In this document: piece by piece, positions 9,937 through 23,600 of the stretch
Layout of the letters: each line of letters begins with the position of its first letter
Numbering within the stretch: the stretch's first letter is position 1
DNA from: Guillardia theta CCMP2712
Taxonomy: Eukaryota > Protista > Cryptophyta
Reading direction: 5' to 3'
Length of the DNA stretch: 64,000 bases
Assembly (NCBI RefSeq): GCF_000315625.1
Contig: NW_005434608.1
Coordinates: 1 to 64,000 of the forward strand
The notes under the pieces: generated by a model
Seen by the model: only the letters and a program-made list of their open reading frames with translations
Databases searched by the model: none
What the model was told of the DNA's origin: nothing
Position numbers and translations under genes: made by a program

Positions 9937-10499
9937 ACTGTATCCAACGCCCGCGTCAATTTCATCTATTCATTTTCTCTTATGTTGACCTCATATCAGT
10001 CGAACTCATTTCCGGCTCTATTGGCTTTATTTCTTCAGTAACGTCTGACTTCGTACGTACGGTCTTCTGTTCTCTCAGATTTTGCAAAAGAAAATCTTTA
10101 AGGGCATTCTTCCTGTCATTCCTGCATCTATCACCTGCCTGAAAACGCGATGAACCTGCACGGGCGTCAGAGCGGGCGACCAGACATGAGTTTCACATGT
10201 GGGAGACTGACTCAGCTAAGTCCTTGCACAGCGGCCTCAAACCATATCCAGTGCACTGCATGCTAAGTTAAGTGTTGTGAAGAGATCGTGTTGTATCGCA
10301 CCAACGCCGGAGGAAGCAACATGTCAACACCATCCGCTCTCCAAGTTTGGCTGAAAGAGAAATATTTCACCGTGTGACTAAGAGCGTACTTTCTGTTGTC
10401 TGTGAAATTTTCTCTCTCTGGTGAAACTGTCCACCTAGCAACACTGTCAGGCTCGAAATGACTTACTGCCACTACCTGCTTGCCAACATTCTTGAGTGG

Positions 10500-12267
10500 A
10501 TTCCCTGCTCGTGAAACCTCACGTCATTCAGATCATTACGTGCAGACATCTTTTTCAGAGTTTCTCCATTTTGAGTGTTTAGGTAAAGTGTCTGCAGACA
10601 TGTTACAAAGGTTTGAAGCTGATCCTGTGCTTGCTTGGTTCGTTTCAAAATGAGGTCGAAGATTCAAAAGCAGTGGCGTCCGGTTATGGAGCCGATTCAT
10701 CTTTCTGATGGAGTTGCAAACCGACTCGTAATAAATCCTATAGTGACTTCTTTTAAGTCAGTTTCACATCTGGTTGATGTACAACTCTCACGGCCGACAC
10801 CCGGAATCGCTATATGCTTCAGGTTCAGGTACATCGACATCAAGGACTCTTCTGCTTAACTTCCTTGCGAGTCAAAAGTAAAGCATGAAAGCATCTTGTT
10901 ACCTTGCAGTAAACTATTGATGGACAAACACCAAAGATGTATGACAAATGTTCTTTCAAATTGAGCGCCAGTGTGAGTATATGATTTTGACTCTACATTA
11001 AATCATGCGGAGAATCAACTCAAAGCATCACAACCTTTACCTCTTGACAACCTTCAGCGCAATCTCGCAAACCAAAGTCTTTGACTATATTTCCAGAATG
11101 TGGGACAGTAATGATAATAGGCAAAACTCCGTATTCATACACAACAAGCTCTTTCAACAAGACGAATTCTGCGCGATGTTTCACGAAACCTTGCTCGCAG
11201 CTATCAGGTAGGACAGGCATGGCAACCCCTGAAAGCGTGTACCATTCAACTTGACCACCACATACCAAAGTCCATCCAATATCCGCGCTGATTCCTGTGG
11301 GCATCAACGAGCGTCAGCTATGAACCTCGAAATTAAAATAGTCAATGTCATCGCAAGACTTTCCTGTCCAACATTCAAAGAAGACCAGCTCCATGTTGCT
11401 CTCTGACCTAGGATTTTGACAATTTCGTTATGGTGAAATCTGGGCAAACTGCTAAGCATAGCTACGTTTAAAGTTTCGAAGTAATCGACCTTCTTCCATC
11501 AGGTGCATACCAGGAGTAGGTAATTTTATCAAGCTTTTCCACCAGAGAGAACTTGACGTTGCAATATATCTTCCCAGCGCTGGGGAGGACCTGCCACCCA
11601 CGTCAAGATTGTCGGGTAAGAGCTGAATTCTACGTAGAACGCGGTTATTCCCGGAGCAGAACTGGATCTTGCATCTAGCTCTAGCAACCTTGCGAAGAAA
11701 ATAACCACCAAAAATGCCTTGGTGATACCAACCACTCAGGATCAATGCTAGATTCTTCCTCCCGATCCATTCTGACAACAGAACTGGAACGTAATCAGTA
11801 AAGACTAGGGATAATAGGGAGATCACTGGGTCACTAAACGACTTTCATCTGATGCCGATGTGTACCCACAAACTTCAAGAGGGTCAAGGAATTCAAAGTG
11901 GGCCGCAGCAACATTGCGCTAACCTTTCCAGTCGGCGATTTTCTTACTAGAACCTTTAAAGGAAATAGTGTGCTAAGGATACTCGTATCAATTAGATCAC
12001 TGCCTAATTCCAATTTACCTCATGATTGAGCTTCTGCAGGGCTTCAAGAATGGCTTTTTCGTTTCTCAACGCGATGTAGGGGAAACATTTGCTCAGTTTG
12101 CACTCCATTATATTTTTGTTGCCATGCTCTGCTTGTTCTTGTCCAGCACTTGCTCCCAACCCAAGCGAGGCCTCAAGTTCTTCAACGTCCATCTTCAACT
12201 CAACTGATATGACGATGCGTGATGCGAAACCATAGTCTGCATCAAAGACGGTATGAACTTTCAACAA
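10500..12267 (-). CDS. Hypothetical multi-exon protein
   Basis: A run of minus-strand ORF fragments (12004-12267, 11452-11826, 11020-11307) with GT-AG-like breaks. No recognisable domain; boundaries are uncertain. Confidence 0.3.
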
Positions 12268-12489
12268 CTTGCCCTACAACAGCTATAGAGGGGGGGTACT
12301 GATAACTTTGTAGATGGGGGTGGGTGGGTATGCCAGTTTTGCCAGGGGTCAGCAGAAACCGGAGATGATGGTGGAGCCAAGTAATGGCCTGAGCATGGGC
12401 TGGAGTAGGGGTGTAACGAAGGGGAATATGAGGGGTACTCAACCTCTTGTGGTTGACTGATTTGGACTTTCGGAAGAGGCGCGGACGAC

Positions 12490-13982
12490 ATGCGGGGAAG
12501 GAGGCTAGCGATGGGCGTCCTTGCGCTGCTCCTGGTACTCCTTCGTCGCCTTGCAACACATTTTTATGTTTGAATCATTCTTCTTGTCACCTTTGCTTCT
12601 CAACCCTCGACTGTTATGCCAAAGCATTCGCTGACGTTGTCATGCCAGTCCATAGCTGTGGCTGAGAAGGCAGAAGATCTTGAACCGAATGCAAATGAGG
12701 CGGCAAAGGATGAAGAGGCTGCAGCGAAGGAGCACTTTGAGGAAGATGATGTCAGGCCCTCTGCTCTTACAATCAAGTCGTACAACTGCACGGAGATTGT
12801 TCCAACTCTTCCAGCGAGGTGCATCGACAATCTTCGAAAAGATGCTTGGATAATTCTTGTTCTAGGATGGCTGTTCATGCAGACTCGTGTAGTCTTTGGA
12901 GGAAGACTGGGCACGTAGAGGATGAGTGCGACATACTCTTTGTTCTCAGTTCTGTTTCTCATTCTAGGTTGATCAGGTTCCGAAGAAAGCTTATGGATTT
13001 TGGCTTGAACTGCCTCAGTCTCACCCCCTCAGATATCAGTTTTCTCACAGCTGACGGAGATCCTGCATTCCGCACATCCGAAAAGTTGTCAATGTTTCGC
13101 TTTCATCTTTTGGTGCTCATCAATGTCGCAGGTATTTTGACTGGGGGGTGCAGATAACTGTGCGAGATTGCAATGGACATCCGATGGTACAACGGCTGTT
13201 CAAACACGCAATCTTGACAGCTACGACCAGGCTGTCATCAAGGAAAACTTGCTGCATTCATTCGCCCACATGCCTCGTGCTGAATATGTTGTAGAGCTTC
13301 CAGATGGTAGGCTGTTCGTTCCCCCCATTGCGTGGGTCACGTTGTGATTCGACAGGAACTGAAGTTGCCAGGAGCAAGCAAGGATCATTTCTTTCAGATA
13401 CATTCATGGTGTTCAATACTGATCCCTCAGCTGCTGCGGATGAGGGCGAAGGTGAAGAGGGAGCAGAGGCAAGCCCCAAGGGGCCAGAGCCTCTCGCATA
13501 TGCCCGATTAAGCAAAGGGAGCAAGATTCGTGGCCAATTTTGTGCGTTAATCTGTGCGACTCTTCTGCCAATAGCCTAATGATGAACAGGTATGGGTGGT
13601 GCCTGGCGATTGAACGTCAATGAGTACGCTGGTGGATTTTGGAGTGATCCCAGGAGCAGGTTGAGATCAAGGATAACTTTGATAGATCGTGTTGATTTGT
13701 GAGTTTTCAGAGAGGTTCTGATGGTTCTAGTGACGGTGAAGTCTGTGCGTGATGCCGATCGGGACAATATGGGCCGGGTGAGCGAAGCAAGGTAATTATC
13801 AACAAGCTTGGAAGGCAGCACATTGATGTGAATGCTGTAGATGCCAAGAAAGCTTCTGGCTGTCAATTGTCGTTGTCCCGCTTTTTCTTTTGGCAATCGT
13901 ACTCGCGTTTTTCTGCTTGCCGGACAGTGCTTGCAGCATCATCTGTGGATGCTTCAAGCGGATGAAATATCATCCGGTCTAA
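12490..13982 (+). CDS. Hypothetical type I membrane protein, possibly with a LURP1/scramblase-like ectodomain
   Basis: Signal-like MRGRRLAMGVLALLL; beta-rich exons (VQITVRDCNG, EYVVELPD|GTEVARSKQGSFLSDTF); C-terminal TM FWLSIVVVPLFLLAIVLAFFC, then KRMKYHPV and stop. Confidence 0.45.
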
Positions 13983-14231
13983 AGAGGCTCAAGCGTAATT
14001 AGTAGACCTGGATCAGAAGGGGATGCAGGGGATGCAGCTTAAAATCGCCCTTTATCCTTGCAAGCAACTATTTTTTTATCTAGCTTTGCATGTTAGTTTA
14101 GATTGTGCAAAATTAATGGCGGGAAAACATTTCTCAACTAGTTGGCTGTCTTGTTCATAGTGAATTTGAGAAATACTTTAAAAACTGACCGAAACTCCAT
14201 GTCATAGATTCCAATGCTTTCTGAAAATCTT

Positions 14232-15357
14232 TCATGCTTTGCTCTTACGGCCACTATCCTGTTTGATATCTTTAGTTCGCTTCTTCTTGATTACTTTTTC
14301 TGTTTCATCGGGTTTGCTTCGTTTCTTAGGAGTTGATTTCTGTGACGGACTTTCTGCAGGTTTCTTTTCACCGTCCTGCCTTTTCTTGTTCTTGCTTGTT
14401 TTCTTGGGAGGATTCTCAATTGGGAGGGCTCTTCTCAGCTTGACCGTCCTTTCCCCGACAATGAAAGGATGCTCTTGTGTCCTGAGCCTTCGTGAGCAAC
14501 ACAACACGTCGTAGGTAAGACAAGACGAAAACATAACTCGACGCCACATCATAGCATAACATGTAGTTATGGTTATCATCATAGCAAGTTGTCACAGCGA
14601 TGATTTGAGGACACGTCGTCATCGCAACGAAGTCATTGCAAAATGCAGGCTTCATACATGTCAATGACTTCCGATGCCATCGCGGCGGTTTCCAAGTCGA
14701 AGAAGCCCCACCTAGCACTCACATTATCGGGCCTCTGTCACTTCCGATGCTCACCCATTGTTCCGCGGTCGTCTGCCAGGAAACCGAAGGCCAAGTATAT
14801 TGATCGGCACTTTGGTCAAATGCTTCTTGACATGATCTTTCAAACTTTGCAAAAGCTCTTCTCCTTTCAAGCGATAAGGAGCCCCACTGAAGAAAAGCGT
14901 GTTTAAACTTGTTTCATTAACTGCTCTGTTAAACGAAGCAGTGCCCTGTGTCCAATTGATCAAAGCAAATTTAAAAAGAAAAAAAGAGTGACACAAAGTT
15001 ATGAAAAACCTCGGCATCTTTTTGAGTTGGAAGCTTCTTCTTGGCTGCAGTGACCTCCTTGGCCGGCTTGTCTTTCGATTTCTTTTGGGGTGTGTTGCTA
15101 GTTTCACCTTCCATCTTTCGCCTCTTCTTCGCTTCACTCACTGACTTCTTCTGACTTGCTTGTGCACTCTTCTTTACCTTCAACTCAGCCGACCCTCCCC
15201 GCAGGCTCAGGAGAGCAGGACATCTCTCCGATCTCACTCGCGCGCCCGCTTGACCCTCGGATCCGTGGGTTTCACTGAGAGCTGAGAGCAGGCAGGTCAA
15301 GAGTCCCAGCAACAGCCAACGACGCGAGCTCATGTCGCACACTCCCAGCCCCTCCAT
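14232..15357 (-). CDS. RRM-like RNA-binding protein with signal peptide, LRGG motif and Lys-rich termini
   Basis: WLLLGLLTCLLSALS signal; LSLRGG; RNP2-like TLFFSGAP; RNP1-like WGFFDL; FIVGERTVKLRRA. Confidence 0.7.
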
Positions 15358-15747
15358 TCCGCCTCTTGTTGTATCCCGTGCTCCCCGCCACCCCCCGCCT
15401 CAGCTGGAAACCTCTGGATTGGAAAAACCAATTAAAGAATGAGTTCAGCTGCCTCTGTTTCTCAGTATCCCTTATCCTGAGGTGGACTGGTAAAGTTATT
15501 TTTTTTGGCCTTCAAGTAAATAATGCTGACTTCTCTGTCGAGTCAGTTGGAGTGTTCCTCGATAATACTGGTATTACTAGGCTGCCACACTGACCGCCGG
15601 GCTCTTTCAGTTGCCGTGACTCGTCAGGATCTTCGAAAGATCAACCGCAGCCTGGGCAGCGTTTGTCATGATTGACTATGATTGACTAACCGTGACACAG
15701 ACTCCAGAAGCAGTTTAATAACAAGAAGACAAATGGGGTCCACACGC

Positions 15748-17753
15748 TTAGATCTTCGTCACATGGCAAAACCTGTAAATGTTGATTAAAAACGCAGGTC
15801 GTTGAAGCGCCAGACACCCACATGCCATTGACGGGAGTGATGGGAATCTTGTATGGATGCGACTTGTCGTCTTGACCTTGCGCTGGTGAGAACTTGTATC
15901 TCGAGAAGAGAAGTCCCAATACGATCCTTGACTGCATGGAGCCATTGACTTCAACACCAGCAGGTTCAATCGCATACCTCAAGAAGCGAGAAGTGTTGGC
16001 CGAGACAGTTGCGAGGTCCTGCCAAACCAGGTAAGAGGGTCTGGGGAGGGGAAAGGGGGCGAGCAAGACACCGTTGATGAAAGGGAGAAAAGCCCAAGGG
16101 TCAACACCTTCTCCGAGGCCCAGCTGAGGCGAAGGCGTGTCGAGGACGTCTTAATCCTCGTCAACCATTGACATTGAAATCTCTGCACTAACCGAATCTC
16201 GAGGGAAGAAATTCATTCACGTCTCCCTGCAAATCAACAGTGGTTATTGATGCGAATCAGGATCAATCAGGCTCTACGAACGTTGGGCCAAAGATCCTGC
16301 CGTTTGTGTATTCCATCCATGCATATCAGAGCCACAGCCCCCTGAGGGATGCTGCGAGCAAATATGACCATGTTAAAGAAAGAAACACAAAAGAGGTCAA
16401 AACAATACCTGACGTCTCCAACAACATCGGGTTGGACCACCTCTCTAGTAATGACCGGGACTGGAGGATGAAGTCGCAAAGTTTCTCTCAAAACGTTGAA
16501 GGTGAATGGCAAGGAATTTTGCAATTCGTCATAAGAAGGACGCGTATCATCTTTCGGGAAAAGCGACTTCGATTCGTTGTAAAGTTTCTGCCTGGTTTGT
16601 TCACTTTTCATCACTTCCCACAGGGTCCAAGTAAGCATGCACGCTGTGGTGTCATGTCCAGCAAACAAAAATGTTTTCAATCCATCCCGCAGGTCTTGTA
16701 TGCCGTCTTTTTGAAACTGAGCTGGGTCCACACCTAATCTGGCTTGTCACAAGAAGCGACAAACTGGCATGTCATGCCTGATAAAATTCGATCCAGTATA
16801 TATTTTGGAGAGTTCTTTTCCTTAGCATTCGCCATGGATTGCCAACGATCATTGATCTGTAAGAGAAATTGTCAAGACTGCGCGAACAGAGCAAATGATG
16901 TTGACAAGCACACATCTTCTTACTTTTGCCACGAGATAATCGTTAAGTTGTTTGACCAGCGATCTGTGCCTCCACCATGCGTTTGTCGGAAGATACATGC
17001 GGTAGGGATACCAAATTCTGTCGTTGCATTCTAAAGCAAAGATCAACGACTGATACAAGCATCGGAGTGTAAAGGACAGATGCAAACACGGCACGTACCA
17101 TCGATGATGGGAAGGTATAGGTTTGAAATCTCTCGATCGCTCTCTGCAGGCTCAACTCCCAGAACAGCGAGAGAAATCACTTGCAGTGTCAATTTTCTGA
17201 ATATCTCTGCCATGTCCACTGCAGCCCCACTCTCTGCTGCTGCATCCAATGTCTGAAAGAGGTTTCTCGTTATCTCTAATGCGGCACTGGCAACCTCCTC
17301 CAAGATTTCAAGTTTGAAGGTTGGCGCGAGCTCTCGCCTAAGCCTGTGCCAGCGCTCCCCTTCGCTAGTGACGATCCCAGTTCCAAGAAGACAGTCAAAG
17401 ACTTTGTAGGTCCCCGGGTCTTTCCGGTAGTTCTTTGCCTTGGTTTGAAGCACATGTCGAGCAAATGCAGGGTCAGCCATCACGATGTAGACTCGTCCAA
17501 GCACATGCATGCGGAAGAAGTTGCCGTGCTCTGCTGACAGGGCTCTGAAGGTGTCCCAGACATTCCCTTGCAGCAGTTTCAATGCGTGGCCTAGGAATGG
17601 AATCCTCCCAGAGGGGCAAGGAATGTGCCTGCACTTGAAAGAAAGGTATACTTCTTTGAAAGTGAGCTGTGCTACGAAGAACAATACAGGCAACACGCCA
17701 AGCAACCACAGATGATCCGGAGAGAAGAGTGAGAGCACATAGCTGTCTAACAT
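15748..17753 (-). CDS. Cytochrome P450 (multi-exon)
   Basis: N-terminal TM plus Pro-rich hinge; I-helix FAGHDTT; K-helix ETLR; spliced heme motif FLPFING|PRNCLG. Confidence 0.95.
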
Positions 17754-18179
17754 ACTGACGGGCGGCTACGCCTCCTCTTCCTCCTCGTCCTGTGCGCCAC
17801 TCACGAGCCGCCTGATGACAAACGTTTGAGGGGGAATTGAGCAAGCAAGTCCCCCTCAGAGTTCAAGCGAAGACAGCATCCGGTGCCAATTCGAGCAGTA
17901 CAAGCGAATTTGAAACGGCTTGACAAGCCGTTTCACGTTCAGCGTGAAATCAGCGTGAAATGGCCCTGATGAGCCTGACTACCTCTAGCTAGGGTGAGGA
18001 TGGATCGAAGTTAGATAATAGCAAGACAATGCATCAAGTAATTGAAGGAGCCTGATGTGATCTTCCAGTACTCTTGCCATGATAGTTGTGGATCCCTCCC
18101 ACCAACCTTTGAACCTTTCCTCCCATCCCTCCTGCTCTTGGCATATCTTGTAGTTCCTGGACTTACTTTCCTTCCAAAG

Positions 18180-20641
18180 ATGTCCAACCTTGTCAGCTAT
18201 GCGACGGTGAGGGAGCAGCAAAAGAACGCTTTCACTCGAGGTCCAGGGCTGGGGCGAACAGATAGGCCATCATCCAAAGCAGCGACTAGCCCCAGGAATC
18301 AAGCAAATCAAGCGGCAGTAACTTGATATGGAAGCCGTTGATGTCAGTCCGCTTGACAAGAATGCAGGCGAGCAAGAGCAAGAAGCTCAAGTCGATGAGC
18401 GTGGACGAGATTATGAAGAAGTTGAGGCATCTCATCTCCATCATAGGAAAGACTGAGTGGAACAAGCACATCAGGTCTGCAAGTCACAATAGTGATTGTG
18501 TGTATGTGTGTGTATGTAATAGTGATTGTGTGTGTGTATGTAATAGTGCTTGTGTGTATGTGTGTATGTAATAGTGATTTTTTGCATTTGTGTGTATGTA
18601 ATAGTGATTGTGTGTATGTGTGTATGTAAGTATGTAATAGTGATTGTGTGTATGTGTGTATGTTGTATTGCGTTGTGAATTCACTTTTCTCTTCCTACTC
18701 TCACTGCTCTCCAGGTCATTTGATGCAGACAGGGATGGAATTATCACTTTTAACGAGCTCATGAAGTCAATGAAATCTCCCTTGGTTCATAGAAACTTTA
18801 GCGTGAGCGAATCTGAGGTTGTCGGAGTGCGAGTGGTCGGAGTATCGCTCACGAGTTGTGATGCAGATGTTGATGTTCTGGAACGCCATGGAGAAGACTT
18901 TTGAAACGTCCAACGGAGTTGCTCTCAAGGACCTCAACGCTTTCGTTCAGAAGGATGAGATGGAGGCGTATGAAGCTCGGCGAGGAGCAGCTGGTAGATC
19001 TCCCCCCGGGGGGATGAAGGTTTTGAACCAGATGCCGGTGAGACTGCAAGGAGAGGTGGAAGATGAAAATGATCGCCTACCGCAGATGCCCTTTGAAAGC
19101 GACAGCACGAGAGATCCGCCTCAAACCTCATCAACTTCCTCGAACATCGGAAATAACCAAGAAAATGGGTTGTCACGCATGAGCAAGTGCGCAACCTTTG
19201 ATTCGGGTTGTGAAAGTAAGTTTCTTGTTTGATACAGGTACAAGTTGGACACGTTGCGGATAAAGTTTCGATCTGGGGCGTCGGAGATGAAAAGAGATGA
19301 CTGGAAAGCTTTGTTGCAAGAGTGATGATTCCTCGGTTGTAGCCTCGCGGCTGATACATTCTGCAGCCACGACAGAAACCTGGATGGAATCATTCAATTT
19401 CGTGAATTTGTCGCAAGTATTCGCGATCAGTCTACTGAGTTCTTGCACAGCTTGTCTTCGTGGACTGACAGGTCGTTTTTCCCCGTTTGATATCGTCCGT
19501 GAAGTCTGAGAATGCCAATGGCAGAGAACTGGCGGAGATCTGGAGATGTGTGGACGTGAAAGGGGAGGGCGTTCTCAAGATTGAGGAGCTCCTCGACTTC
19601 TTCTTCTCTCAGGTCTCTTCATCTTCCCCGCAGCAAGAACAATTTCTCTCTCCTCTCGATCTTCCATCCCAGGAAGGTGGAGGCGGCAAGCCAATCCTTG
19701 TCGCGCCTGGAACTGTTTTGTCCTCTGCACAGTTTGAAGGAGAAGCGGCGGGGACGTTGGATCTGGGAGGAGATGCAAGTGCTCCCGTCATTGAGCGAAG
19801 AGAAGATCGAGCAGTGGAGTCCAAGAAATTCATTGAAGGGATCGAGAAGGAAACAAGCCTGTTGGAGGAAGAGCTGAGAATCAATCGCTCTGAAATCTCA
19901 TGCCTGAAGCATTCGGAGGCGGTGAAAGTCCATCACTGGATTTCTCTTTTGCCTATTCCTTTCTCTGCATTCTCCTCTCCTCATCCCTCCTCTCTCCCCG
20001 TTTCCCCCTCCTCGTTTCCCTCACCAATATCTCCTAGGTACTTATGATGTGCTTGCGGAGCCTATTGACCCATGGCGAAGAAGCCAGTCCGCTCGACCAG
20101 CAACCCACAACCTCCCGCGAGGTCGCAGCGGTCGCAAGTCATTTGCAGGTGAGAAGAGATGGAGGGGAGAGCGGAGAAACGAGGACAGAGATGAATTCAC
20201 CAAGAGAACGCGAGCAGGAGAAGAGGGAGAGGAGCAGACTGAGGGCAGGGGGTGAAGGAGATATTCACGCTGACAGAAATCCAGCAGGAGAACAGTCGCC
20301 TTCACAACCAGTGTGTGGCTGCCAGGAGGGAACTTAGCATTCTCCGCCACCTCACAAAGAAAGCTCTGTCCTCCCGAGACTTGACCAGCGAGCAGGAGGA
20401 GGCGATGAAACTTGCCGGCCAGATAAGAGACGATGAAAGCTCCTCGACGAGGCAAGAGAGGGCGAGGGACGCGCAGAGCGTCAAGGCGGTCACAGAGAGC
20501 ATGTCAATCGCGTCTTCCCTAGGGCTTGACGGGAACCATCCAAGTCAGCAGGAAAGGAGCGAGACAAGTGTCACCCTCTTGCAGGCAAGTATTTCTACGT
20601 TGCCCTCGTTCTCCTTCCTGTCCTCCTCCTCCTCCTCCTCC

Positions 20642-20697
<56 letters not shown>

Positions 20698-23600
20698 TCA
20701 ATCACCATCTCAATCATCATCTCAATCATCATCTCAATTCTCTCAATCATTTCAATCATCATCGTCAAAGCTCTTGCCCATCCCATCCATCTACGTGTAC
20801 TCCTTTGCCTGCTCCTACTCATCTTTGCCCCACTTCCCTCCGATCATCCCATCCTTGCCCGGCTGGCTTGGCTTGGCGTGATCTCATGCAGGAGCATCTC
20901 CTGAGCACCAACGAGAAGCTGTGGGATATTGAGAAGCATGTCAACCAGCTCGAGGAGAAGCTCAGGGCCCAGCAGCTCTCCTCCTCCTACCTCAGCAGAC
21001 CCCCCGATCTCTCTGACAGGATGCAGGGTGGCTGGAATCTCCCGGCTTATCCCCCCATCCTCGCCTATCCTCCGCTTCTTCCTCCCACCGCGCTCAAGCA
21101 GGACGAGCTGCTCCAGCGCATCTCTGTTCTCGAGGCTCTGATCCAGAAGCATCTGAGCGGCAGGGGAGAGGCACAGGAGGGGAGCATGAAGGAGAAAGTC
21201 GCGCAGGCCCATCCTAGCACCGCCCGGACTCCTCCTCCTCCTCCTCCTCCTCCTCCTCCTCCTACTGTCCCCCCTACAGTTGCGGCTCAATTACCTGCTT
21301 CTGTGGATGAATATCCTCCTCCTTTCCCTCCTCGAAGTGGATATCCTTCTTTTCTCCCTCCTCCTGGTCAATCTTGGTCTTCCCCCAGCCCCCTCCCTCC
21401 CACTCAGTCTTCGATCTCTCCTGTTCTTCCTCCTGCTTCAGAAAGGAGCAGACGCGGGGACGAGCATCTGTCCATGTCGCAATCGTCGCCCAACTTGCTT
21501 GGGCCTCGAGATGGCAGGGAGGAGCCAAGGCAAAGCGAGCAAGTAAGAGCGCAGGGGCAAACAGTGCAGGCAGCCCAAAGACGGGAGGAAGAGCAACAAG
21601 TGCCAAGACTAGAAGCGAACGCAGAGAGATCAGGCGAGTCAAACTCTCTTCACCTTGTGCCCTGACAGGCAGAAGCAGAGCCGATTGTGTTGAGCTTTAC
21701 ACCAAAAGAAGAAGAGAATTTCAGTGCCACAGTCAAAGAGAGCGAGAGAGTCAGAGACGAAGGAGGCAGAGTCAACAGCAGCGAGAAGCACAATGAAAGC
21801 AAAGATGATGACACTTCAATCATGTCTGACAAGTCGGCGGTGGAGAGAAGTCTCCAAGCAAGGATAAAAACCTTCAGCAACTGGCCGTTTGTTGACAAGG
21901 TGAGATGAGGGGGAGGGGCTTGACATTGTCCTGCCCGACCCTCGTACTGACTTGCCGAGACCTGACTGACTTGCTGGTCAACAGCTGGGCTATCCCTCCG
22001 TTGAGCAGCTCGCTGTGGCAGGATTCGTGTACAACCCGACAAAAGATGCGAGAGATGGCACAACCTGCGTTGAGGTCCGCCGATGCTCTCACAGATCCGC
22101 TATCCTCCTTGCTCGTCACTGTCTCCTCCTCCTTGCTCTCTCCCTCGCCCCTTCACCTTTCGTCCCCCCTCTCGCTGCCTTGCATCCAGCTCCTCCCTCG
22201 CATGCTTGTAGATAGATCCCTTGCTCACTTCTCTTATCCTCCCTATTCCTCATCCCTCTCTTTACTCTCTCATCTCCCCCTGTTGTATCTTATCACTCCG
22301 CCTCCTTTCTCCTTTAATCTTTGCTCAACCTTTCTTTCCTGCAGTGCAAGGCTCAACTTGCTACGTGGGAGGGAGTGCGCGATCCCATTGCTGTCCACGC
22401 TCTCATCTCTCCAGCTGTCAGGATCTTATCTTGTCTTCCATTGCTTCCTCCCTCTCTTTCCTGCTGTTCAACGGATCTCTTCTGCCTCTTCTCTGCTTTG
22501 CTTTCTTACCTCCTCCCAGTCCCTCTCATCTTCTCTTAACTCATTTACTTCCAGTGCTCCTACGTGCGAGAACTCGCAGTACCTCCTGGCTTGCACGAGA
22601 CTTCTCGCGATCGATTCTCGGAGGCCGCAGAATCAAGCCCTGTCTTGGAGCAAGAGGCACAGGTACCACAGACTCCTCGAAGGCAGGCCAACGAGGAGGA
22701 GGAGGAAGGCAGAGCAGCCTCGTCAGATCCCGTGCGAGAGAAGACGAGAAGAGAGGAGATAGGGGAAGAGGAGAAGCAGGAGGGGGAGAGGGAGAAGGCC
22801 TCCCGTGGTCTTGCGCTATCACCTGGCTCGCTCGCCCTCCAGCAGTCAAGGTGTCGACCAGACGTTGAGATGTGAGAGATGACGAGGCGGCAGAAACCTC
22901 GTGGAAGCTCTCAAGGAGGACGAGACACATCTCGTTGACACAGCGAAACATGTCGATGCTGGTCCAAGACGCGTTTCCAGTCACTCAGACTTTCATGATG
23001 TCAGGGTAAGCCGAGCTGATTTCTTCCTCATCTGTCTAAAGTGCTTCTTCTCTCTCAATGGTCATCTCATCTCATCTCATCTCATCTCATCTCATCTCAT
23101 CTTATCTCCTCTCCTCTCCTCTCTTCTCCTCTTCTCGTCTCCTGTACTCTCACATCTCATCTCATCTCACTCTCCTCTCATCTCATCTCGTCTCATCTCA
23201 TCTCATCTCCTCTCCTCTCCTTTCATCGCATCTCATCTCATCTCCTCTTCTTTCATCTCATCTCATCTCCTCTCCTCTCCTCTCCTCTCCTCTCCTCTCC
23301 TCTCCTTTCATCTCCTCTCCTTTCATCTCATCTCATCTCATCTCATCTCATCTCATCTCATCTCCTCTCCCCTCCTCTCCTCTCCTCTCCTCTCCTCTCA
23401 CATCTCATCTTCTCTCCTTTCATCTCCTCTCCTCTCATCTCCTCTCATCTCATCTCGTCTCATCTCCTCTCCTTTCATCTCATCTCATCTCGACTCCTCT
23501 CCTCTCCTCTCATCTTACATCTCCTCTCATCTCATCTCTCTCCTTTCATCTCCTCTCATCTCATCTCTCTCCTTTCATCTCATCTCATCTCCTCTCCTTT

